From an uncultured virus (IMG/VR IMGVR_UViG_3300015607_000776) (taxonomy: Duplodnaviria; Heunggongvirae; Uroviricota; Caudoviricetes), in the IMG/VR virus record IMGVR_UViG_3300015607_000776: a stretch of 20,000 nucleotides of DNA, one strand, 5' to 3'. Below, one piece after another: positions 1 through 6,405 of this stretch. Under the pieces are notes generated by a model. It saw nothing but the letters and a program-made list of their open reading frames with translations, searched no databases and was not told the DNA's origin. Position numbers and translations under genes: made by a program. How positions within the stretch are numbered: the stretch's first letter is position 1; each line of letters opens with the position of its first letter.

Positions 1-39
1 GAATTCATCATATGACAATTTTTGTGTTTTAACGATCAT
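1..39 (-). CDS. 5' fragment of a gene running off the window (MIVKTQKLSYDEF...)
   Basis: ATG at 39-37 overlaps the TGA of the macrodomain gene (ATGA coupling), and the frame is open to the window edge. Too short to assign. Confidence 0.5.
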   Translation of the reverse strand, partial: MIVKTQKLSYDEF

Positions 40-515
40 AGTTCATAGACCTTTATATTGACGTTGGATGCTGTACCAAATGAATATTTTGAGGTACCCA
101 GGAAGTTTTGTTTGATTATTGATTCGATAATCTCCCAGTTACCTCCACCGAGACCGGCACCTATTCTAGGGATTGCAATTTCCATTATGTCGTTTACTTC
201 ACAATAGAGCGCAATATCCTCAAAACATTCATCAATGGCATCATAACTAACATATCGCCTACCATCTTTTCCAAAGTTTAATTGAGTGATGGCATTGGCA
301 ATAACTGTTCCATCATCCTGTTCGGAGAAATTAACCGAACCAAGGAGACTTTCTTCAGGCATTTCACGACACATTTCAACATAATCTTCATATGCCTTTG
401 GATACTTCTCCTTGATCTGTTTTGCAAGACCACTGCCCATAACACCTTGTGCATTGCATCCATGGACAATAAGTTTACAACCCGATTTTAGAATATCACC
501 TTTAATATACTGCAT
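36..515 (-). CDS. Macrodomain (Appr-1''-p processing / ADP-ribosylhydrolase-like) protein, T4 Tk.4/Poa1/DarG-class
   Basis: N-terminal IKGDIL, IVHGCNAQGVMGSGLAKQIK and IAIPRIGAGLGGGNW motifs, typical of ALC1/TARG1/DarG-like macrodomains. Confidence 0.92.
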   Translation of the reverse strand: MQYIKGDILKSGCKLIVHGCNAQGVMGSGLAKQIKEKYPKAYEDYVEMCREMPEESLLGSVNFSEQDDGTVIANAITQLNFGKDGRRYVSYDAIDECFEDIALYCEVNDIMEIAIPRIGAGLGGGNWEIIESIIKQNFLGTSKYSFGTASNVNIKVYEL

Positions 516-1071
516 ATTGCCTCTTGTTCAAATACATTTCAAAATAATGGTCTTGTTCACGTTTGATTTCTTCTGGTGTTACACCCGCGATTGTTACTTG
601 AGAAATTAGATCATCACGGACCTGCATGATTGCTTCACCCAGCCAGTTAGTCCCTTTCCATTTTGATTCATCCAAAATGTCGGGATCATTTTCATGTAGA
701 CCAATACCCCATACAGTATCTTCTGGACTAGCTTCGACAATCTTTAGTTTCTTTGTTCCCAAAAGGAAATTGAATAACTCTTTATGTTGACTAAACTTTG
801 CCCAGTTTGCACGATAAACAACTAAACGAGCAACTTTTTCCCATTCTACTTGATCAAACCCCTTGACCTTACGACCCCAGGCCTTTTGTTCGCGAGGATT
901 ACTGATCTTCAGAATTGCATCCAATGCATCTTGGTCATTGAATAATCTTGCCTTCTCTGCCATCATATATTGCTCATTGCAATTGTATGTATGACCATCA
1001 ATTTTAATAGGTGCCTTATACCACTGGGAACATTCACCACCCCAAAAGAAATAATATTTTCCACTAATCAT
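502..1071 (-). CDS. NADAR (YbiA-like) family N-glycosidase / ADP-ribosylhydrolase
   Basis: FFWGG..SQWY, EQYMMAEKARLF, KAWGRKVKGFD, KFSQH, VEASPEDTVWGIG and GTNWLGEAIMQVR motifs. Confidence 0.95.
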   Translation of the reverse strand: MISGKYYFFWGGECSQWYKAPIKIDGHTYNCNEQYMMAEKARLFNDQDALDAILKISNPREQKAWGRKVKGFDQVEWEKVARLVVYRANWAKFSQHKELFNFLLGTKKLKIVEASPEDTVWGIGLHENDPDILDESKWKGTNWLGEAIMQVRDDLISQVTIAGVTPEEIKREQDHYFEMYLNKRQYAVY

Positions 1072-2105
1072 TAGATACCTACCATGTGTTCCACTATATT
1101 AAAATGATCCTCAAACATCTTGTTTCTGGATTGTGCAAATTTACTGAAAGGTACCCAGAATGCCTTAGCAGCGTCATCACTTCCCTTGATCTTTGGAAGA
1201 CCAGATTCAGTGTCAGTTAATTTAAAATGATATGCCTGGGAGATTGTTCTACCTCTTGCGCTTCTGTGAGGATCGTCATAGGTATGCACATCTGCGATTG
1301 AACCAACCAATACTGGTTTAGGAACCTTCAGTTTAGTTTCCTCATATAGTTCACGAATGACTGCTGCCTGCAATGTTTCATCTTGGCCAACGAAACCACC
1401 AGGCAATGCCCAAAGACCTTTACCAGGCAATGCACCACGTTCTACCAGTAGAATATGTCCTGCCTGAGTAACAACAGCGTCAACTGTCATAAACGTAGGA
1501 GGATAAGGTGCACGATTCCAGGATGCCTTATAGATTTCCAGGTGTTCCTTTTCATTGAAAATCTGATTCCAAATGTCACGAGAGAAACCTAGAACAGTCT
1601 CAAAGTGATCTTTGTCAACGAATTCCTTGTCGTCATACTCAGACCAATTGGTAGAGAACAATTCATTCCTGATGGTTGTTGCATCAATGGGATGCTTGAT
1701 ATCCACATTGATCAAATCCCACTGAGGAAACTTTCTTAGATAGTAAGATGAATGATCCTTGTCATATCCAATAATGCAGATGTTAGTTGGACCAGGTCTG
1801 AATTTACTGAAAACGATTGTATTTACCGATGCCTGAATGGAAGCAATCCAACGTTCATCATTATATGTATGATCAACCTGAGGTGCAAAGTGAATATTTG
1901 GACCATCCAAACCAGTTGATTTGATGATTTCCATTCTTTCTGCGGTTGTGAAAGGATTACGAGTATCGCGAGGGCGATCATGTGATCCAATGACAAAGAT
2001 TATATTTTCGGAGATTTTTAACGCTTCTTCTGCGATGTGATAATGCCCAATATGGAAGGGCTGGAAGCGGCCGATGATTACGGCATAATCGTAAGGTTTT
2101 TTCAT
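1071..2105 (-). CDS. nadM: Bifunctional NMN adenylyltransferase / ADP-ribose pyrophosphatase (NadM-Nudix, NatV-like)
   Basis: N-terminal IGRFQPFHIGH nucleotidyltransferase motif, RNPFT..ER and KDHSSYYL..FPQW. C-terminal Nudix box ALPGGFVGQDETLQAAVIRELYEET, plus GSDDA and FEDH. Confidence 0.95.
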   Translation of the reverse strand: MKKPYDYAVIIGRFQPFHIGHYHIAEEALKISENIIFVIGSHDRPRDTRNPFTTAERMEIIKSTGLDGPNIHFAPQVDHTYNDERWIASIQASVNTIVFSKFRPGPTNICIIGYDKDHSSYYLRKFPQWDLINVDIKHPIDATTIRNELFSTNWSEYDDKEFVDKDHFETVLGFSRDIWNQIFNEKEHLEIYKASWNRAPYPPTFMTVDAVVTQAGHILLVERGALPGKGLWALPGGFVGQDETLQAAVIRELYEETKLKVPKPVLVGSIADVHTYDDPHRSARGRTISQAYHFKLTDTESGLPKIKGSDDAAKAFWVPFSKFAQSRNKMFEDHFNIVEHMVGI

Positions 2106-2106
2106 G

Positions 2107-2152
2107 TGCTAAAACTCCTTTAGCAAAAGTAGGAAAGGATCTATTCCTTCCC
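2107..2152 (-). promoter_or_regulatory. Structured 5' leader of nadM-Nudix: two hairpins, with the SD sequestered
   Basis: The minus strand reads GGGAAGGA-ATAGA-TCCTTTCC (8 bp stem with one G-U, 2132-2152), then TGCTAAAG-GAG-TTTTAGCA (8 bp stem with one G-U, 2107-2125). The second hairpin contains the SD AAAGGAG and ends 1 nt before the ATG. Confidence 0.65.
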
Positions 2153-2162
2153 ATTGTCTAGT

Positions 2163-2191
2163 AGTATATAGTATTTTTTACTTCAAGTCAA
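2163..2191 (-). promoter_or_regulatory. sigma70-type (early) promoter for the nadM-NADAR-macro operon
   Basis: TTGACT (2191-2186), 17 nt spacer, TATACT (2168-2163), located about 55 nt upstream of the nadM start. Confidence 0.75.
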
Positions 2192-2572
2192 GCTATTTGT
2201 TGCTTTATCTTTACTTATTTTATTCACGACGTACTTGAATTCTTCATCAGATAAACCATATATATACTTGATTCTACTTAGAAATTCTAGTAATAGTTCT
2301 TTGGAATCATAGATTTCGGGGTCAAAACCTGCTTCTTCTAAACCATAGCATGAGCAATGACTTCCTAATAGGTAGTAATATTTTCCCTGGTCTCGCCATA
2401 TAACAACCGCGGATCCTTCATAACCATCTATGTCATATTTTGCAATATAGACTTTTTCGGGTTTGGGATGGTTTTTTAACTCAGACTTTGATCTAACATC
2501 ATCATATGTCGAACCAGTGAATTGGTTAACAACATCTTTCCAACTGTCAAAATTACCTAAATACGTTTTCAT
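2183..2572 (-). CDS. Hypothetical phage protein with a GSHCSCYG motif
   Basis: ORF 2183..2599. Start revised to ATG 2572 (MKTYLGN), preceded by AGGA SD and just after the upstream stop. Confidence 0.75.
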   Translation of the reverse strand: MKTYLGNFDSWKDVVNQFTGSTYDDVRSKSELKNHPKPEKVYIAKYDIDGYEGSAVVIWRDQGKYYYLLGSHCSCYGLEEAGFDPEIYDSKELLLEFLSRIKYIYGLSDEEFKYVVNKISKDKATNSLT

Positions 2573-2582
2573 AGTTTTATTC

Positions 2583-3092
2583 CTACATAGTTTTCTCAAG
2601 ACTATCGTATAGTTTTAACAGTTCTTGAGCATGATTTACTTCTTCAATTGCAAGTTTTACTGCTTCATCCAGTGTTTTCACTTGAGGAATTCCATACTTA
2701 GCACAGACAATATCGATATTTCCTTTTCTCCAGAACCCCTCTGGGCAGACAACCACTGAATCTGTAAAACTTCCTGTTGCCAATCCAAACTCAAACATTG
2801 TTACAGGACTCTTGGTTCCAGGAAGGAAATTGAAGATGCGAAACTGTGCCATTTCCAATCCCAATAGTTCCCACTCAACCTGCTCACGGAATTGTTTATT
2901 GTTGATAGATTGGACCCAAGAATCATCCCAATCTAGTCTGCGAGGATCGAGAACATCCAAACCAGCATCATTCAATTGGTGTGCTGCTGTAATCTGCCAA
3001 TGCTCTGCTTCACCCATTTCAATGGAACCTGCAAGAAATACTGCTTTGTTCCAATCACATCCCATAATTGGAGCTGGTGCACGAAAAATCAT
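2583..3092 (-). CDS. Nucleoside 2-deoxyribosyltransferase-like protein (Nuc_deoxyri_tr2-type)
   Basis: VFLAGSIEMG..WQ, VLDPRRLDWD, QVEWEL, PGTKSPVTMFEFGL and VCPEGFWRKGNIDIVC motifs. Confidence 0.85.
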   Translation of the reverse strand: MIFRAPAPIMGCDWNKAVFLAGSIEMGEAEHWQITAAHQLNDAGLDVLDPRRLDWDDSWVQSINNKQFREQVEWELLGLEMAQFRIFNFLPGTKSPVTMFEFGLATGSFTDSVVVCPEGFWRKGNIDIVCAKYGIPQVKTLDEAVKLAIEEVNHAQELLKLYDSLEKTM

Positions 3093-3430
3093 TATATAGT
3101 CTCCTTAAGTTTTCTAGTCTCTGTTTCACACATTTTAATGAAGATTGAAATATCGGTTGTCCTCTTTTTCTCTTCCAGAGGTTTGAATCTCTCATATCTA
3201 TAACCATAAGCATTTACCGTATCAGGATTTTTTGCCATTCTATCAATTTCTCTCACATCAACTATAATGTAATTAAATATAGGATGAGGATAGATTTTAT
3301 CTATCGTATAGATTTCACCCTTTGTCAATCCATCTAAGCTTCCAATATAAGTATATCCAGGAAGGTTATATCTTGATACATCATCATTAATGCATACAAC
3401 TTTCTGACCAACATAAAAATTGCATTCCAT
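3092..3430 (-). CDS. Hypothetical protein (FYVGQKVVCIND N-terminus, possibly a small beta-barrel)
   Basis: ORF 3092..3526. Start revised to ATG 3430 with AGGAAG SD; TAATG overlap with the downstream gene. Confidence 0.7.
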   Translation of the reverse strand: MECNFYVGQKVVCINDDVSRYNLPGYTYIGSLDGLTKGEIYTIDKIYPHPIFNYIIVDVREIDRMAKNPDTVNAYGYRYERFKPLEEKKRTTDISIFIKMCETETRKLKETI

Positions 3431-3431
3431 A

Positions 3432-3557
3432 TCACTTCTTCCTACTAAAAAATATCTCTTTCTCTCTTGCGTGGACAATAAGGCCTCTTTCTTGGAGACA
3501 TTGTATAAACTGTGCCCATTGGGCATCTGTATTAAGCGCTGTTGGTATTGGTGTCAT
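3432..3557 (-). CDS. Small hypothetical protein, 41 aa (MTPIPTALNTDAQWAQFIQCLQERGLIVHAREKEIFFSRKK), not in the ORF track
   Basis: Manual translation. ATGA overlap with the nuclease stop, GGAG upstream, and the stop lies 1 nt before the next ATG. Confidence 0.55.
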   Translation of the reverse strand: MTPIPTALNTDAQWAQFIQCLQERGLIVHAREKEIFFSRKK

Positions 3558-3997
3558 TTCCAAAATCTCCATGCCCATCCACACCAATTAAACTTCTTAC
3601 CTTTACCATAGTAAGGTTTTGCATATCCGTTCTTGATCAATTCTTTACTGAGTGGTTTCCCATCGATAATAACATCACCAAGAATTCTACCACCGTACTT
3701 GTCCCAACTCTTAACTAGTATTTGGACCTTCTTTGCATGGGAGATTTCCTGAGTAGTGAATAACTTTGCTCTCAATGAGAGACTTTCTTCCAAATGACAT
3801 TTTGCTCGTGGTCCTTTTTCGGGAGTATCCACACCTAGGATTCTGACGCTGAGAACAGGTTTCAATGGTTGAGGTAGAAAGTCAACTAAGACTTCTACTG
3901 TGTCACCATCGATTACTCTTTTGACTGGCCAGTCATATGGATTACCATATGCTGGTGTAGTGATAGATAATATCAGTGCAAAAATAGTTGCTCTCAT
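3554..3997 (-). CDS. Thermonuclease (SNase-like) with signal peptide
   Basis: VKRVIDGDTV, VRILGVDTPE, DKYGGRILGDV and LIKNGYAKPY motifs. Start revised to ATG 3997, giving a Sec-type leader MRATIFALILSITTPAYG. Confidence 0.92.
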   Translation of the reverse strand: MRATIFALILSITTPAYGNPYDWPVKRVIDGDTVEVLVDFLPQPLKPVLSVRILGVDTPEKGPRAKCHLEESLSLRAKLFTTQEISHAKKVQILVKSWDKYGGRILGDVIIDGKPLSKELIKNGYAKPYYGKGKKFNWCGWAWRFWK

Positions 3998-4005
3998 TCT
4001 TTCCC

Positions 4006-4656
4006 CTATGAAATGCTGGGACACACTAACATTATATTCAATGCATCCTTGAGTCCTTGATATGTGGTTGTGTCAACGAATACCCCACCAGTTTCGTCTG
4101 CAATGCATGAAGCATTTTTCAATTCATCAAAACCACCTTCCAACCCAATAACGTGGATTGTCAGATCGGAAGACTTAGCCTTTAGGTCCTTTGCTGTCTT
4201 GCATGTATCTCTTCCACAAGTATCATCACCATCAGTGAGCACAACAATTGTTGCTTTCTTATGCTCATAGTCTAATGCTTCTGCTGCCTTTTCAAGGGCA
4301 GTTGATAGTGGTGTTCCACCATCAGTCTTGATATTATCGATCACCGAAAGAATAGATTTCGATGCATTTAGTTGAACAGGAACGACCATATCAACATTTG
4401 AACATTGTTCTTTTCTTCCTGGACCTAAAGTAAGTAGTCCCAATCTTCGGTGTTGTGAAGAAATTGGGACTACTTCATGTGCTGCTAGTCTTGCTGCTTC
4501 GATCTTTGAATTGCCACCCTTGAACAATTGAGACATTGATCCAGATGCATCCATTACGATCATTGCATCATTTGTGCAAGTATCTTGCGGTTGGAGGGCA
4601 ATTGCACTGTGATTCGCAAGCAGAATTGCCACAACATATACTAGGAAATTTCGCAT
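4006..4656 (-). CDS. Exported von Willebrand factor A (vWA) domain protein
   Basis: MIDAS DASGSM, GGTPL, VVLTDGDDTCG and IHVIG motifs. N-terminal signal peptide (MRNFLVYVVAILLANHSAIA) and six Cys. Confidence 0.9.
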   Translation of the reverse strand: MRNFLVYVVAILLANHSAIALQPQDTCTNDAMIVMDASGSMSQLFKGGNSKIEAARLAAHEVVPISSQHRRLGLLTLGPGRKEQCSNVDMVVPVQLNASKSILSVIDNIKTDGGTPLSTALEKAAEALDYEHKKATIVVLTDGDDTCGRDTCKTAKDLKAKSSDLTIHVIGLEGGFDELKNASCIADETGGVFVDTTTYQGLKDALNIMLVCPSIS

Positions 4657-4832
4657 TACCCCTCCAGGAGAAGCTTCTTTGAAGACTTAAAACAGTTTAC
4701 AAAGTTCTTTGGGTTCTCCTCCTTGAGAGATTCATAGATTTCCATTGCTTCGTCGCGAGAATTGAATTCTCTTGAGTATAGTTTATTACCTGTCTTGTGG
4801 TCAACTTCTTCTACTATCCATTGCTCAGACAT
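4656..4832 (-). CDS. Small hypothetical protein, 58 aa (MSEQWIVEEVDHKTGNKLYSREFNSRDEAMEIYESLKEENPKNFVNCFKSSKKLLLEG), not in the ORF track
   Basis: Manual translation. Strong SD AAGGAG, TAATG overlap with the vWA start, and it fills the gap exactly. Confidence 0.8.
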   Translation of the reverse strand: MSEQWIVEEVDHKTGNKLYSREFNSRDEAMEIYESLKEENPKNFVNCFKSSKKLLLEG

Positions 4833-4843
4833 TTTGTTCTCCT

Positions 4844-5302
4844 TTACAATTCACCATAATCATTACTATCGATAGAATAAATTACTTTCCTAATTTGAAA
4901 CGTATTTATGCAACGAAAGCATCCTTCACATGGTTTTGAGTTACCAAACTCCAGACCAGTTCTCTTTGCATCAACATACTTGATCCTAGTAATATATAGG
5001 GTTGATTTCGACAATTCATCCAAAGTAAGGACTTTCAATGCAGTCTTGATTGCATTCGTTTCAGCGTGCAACCAAATAGAATGGTCATTGCTCTTATACT
5101 TTGCCTGAAATGGATGGGTCTTTTTCTCATTCATGCAGCAAGAAACAAGGTTATTCTTATAGACAATAGATGCTGCAACCCGTGCTTTACCACTGGTTGG
5201 CGATAGATGCTTTGTTGCGATTTCTGCTAGAATATTAAGATAGGTTTCCTGTATAGTTTTTCCGGAATATTGAGGTGCCGGCACCGTCGGTATAGTATTC
5301 AC
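4844..5302 (-). CDS. Zn-dependent cytidine/dCMP deaminase-fold protein
   Basis: HAE (WLHAETNAI) and PCxxC (SKPCEGC) motifs. Start revised to GTG 5302 with AAGGA SD. Confidence 0.85.
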   Translation of the reverse strand: MNTIPTVPAPQYSGKTIQETYLNILAEIATKHLSPTSGKARVAASIVYKNNLVSCCMNEKKTHPFQAKYKSNDHSIWLHAETNAIKTALKVLTLDELSKSTLYITRIKYVDAKRTGLEFGNSKPCEGCFRCINTFQIRKVIYSIDSNDYGEL

Positions 5303-5312
5303 TGTATTTCCT

Positions 5313-5603
5313 TTAGACAAACATCCCCAAACTATCAGTGCCTTCCTCGATGAAAACACCGGAATACGATAATATGTCTTTTATCAGTTCATCGTCTGCT
5401 TTTGCCAATGCTTCCAGTAGAACACCAAAATAAACCACGTCATGTTCTGCCGCAGCAATCAGACTATAACCTTTTTCAAGGAAAGGATTTAAAGCAGTCA
5501 ATAGTTCAAGATCGGAAGCAATCTTAGATTTATATTTCTCTTTATTGCTCCAATCACTATTATTTTTATACCACTCAACCATTTCTTCCACTGTCATTGC
5601 CAT
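5313..5603 (-). CDS. Hypothetical protein
   Basis: 96 aa ORF with AGGA SD, directly downstream of a promoter. Confidence 0.75.
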   Translation of the reverse strand: MAMTVEEMVEWYKNNSDWSNKEKYKSKIASDLELLTALNPFLEKGYSLIAAAEHDVVYFGVLLEALAKADDELIKDILSYSGVFIEEGTDSLGMFV

Positions 5604-5641
5604 GATAATGTCTTCCTATTGTATGATTTCCTAATTTTAGT

Positions 5642-5669
5642 ATTATATCACATCTGGAACGAAAGTCAA
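5642..5669 (-). promoter_or_regulatory. sigma70-type (early) promoter with extended -10
   Basis: TTGACT (5669-5664), 16 nt spacer, TATAAT (5647-5642) preceded by TGn. Lies in the 5604-5677 intergenic gap. Confidence 0.7.
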
Positions 5670-5677
5670 GTAGGAAT

Positions 5678-5923
5678 TTATTCCGAAAATACCTCTTTGA
5701 ATGCTTCATCCACACTCTTTTTCTCTATTTGTCTCTTTACTGACAATAGCATAAACCTAGGAGTAAACCCATGGAAAGCACCACCATTTTCCAGGAAAGT
5801 TTTACATGCTTCCGCATCTTCCTGGAAGAAAAAGAAGTCAATTGCTTGTTCTGTTGCTTCCTCATAGACACAAAAGAAAATGTCATTGTCATTTTGTATT
5901 GGATGAACCGTGTACTTATGCAT
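5678..5923 (-). CDS. Hypothetical protein
   Basis: 81 aa ORF overlapping the upstream stop, with GAGG SD. Confidence 0.7.
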   Translation of the reverse strand: MHKYTVHPIQNDNDIFFCVYEEATEQAIDFFFFQEDAEACKTFLENGGAFHGFTPRFMLLSVKRQIEKKSVDEAFKEVFSE

Positions 5924-6404
5924 TGAGAACCTCTTTGATTAGTGTGTCCAACTCTATTGTCATATAGACTCTGTACTTTGTGTCCATGGTGGAAAATTGT
6001 TTTTCTGATTTACAATCAAATTTAAAAACACCTTTTGATAACATATCGTTTTTGAATTTATCCAACAATTCAACTTTGGCAAAGTTCATTGCATAATCTC
6101 TGGCCGCCTGGTCTTGCAACATACTTGTTGAATGATCTATGCGTGCATATATTTTCTTACCATAAAACGTATTCATGATTGTGTTTGGTGCAATCGTTAT
6201 TTGTCCCATTAGCAAATCTTGATTAATTGTATATGATTTACCATCACCTTCTTCTTTGGGTGGTTTATGTGGTGTTGAAACAATTCCCTTATACTTCGTG
6301 GCAAATCTTGCACACCAGTTTGCCATTTCTTGGACAGAGGTCGAATTTTCTATCACTTCCATTAATTTCTGTTGTAGAATATACTTGTCAAATTTATCTT
6401 CCAT
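5916..6404 (-). CDS. Hypothetical protein
   Basis: 162 aa ORF starting 1 nt after the helicase stop, with AAGGTG SD. Confidence 0.75.
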   Translation of the reverse strand: MEDKFDKYILQQKLMEVIENSTSVQEMANWCARFATKYKGIVSTPHKPPKEEGDGKSYTINQDLLMGQITIAPNTIMNTFYGKKIYARIDHSTSMLQDQAARDYAMNFAKVELLDKFKNDMLSKGVFKFDCKSEKQFSTMDTKYRVYMTIELDTLIKEVLNA

Positions 6405-6405
6405 A

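Noticed and set aside
5613..5678. TTCCTA/TAGGAA inverted repeats flanking the promoter
   Set aside because: Only 6 bp, partly explained by the SD sequence, and expected by chance in AT-rich DNA.
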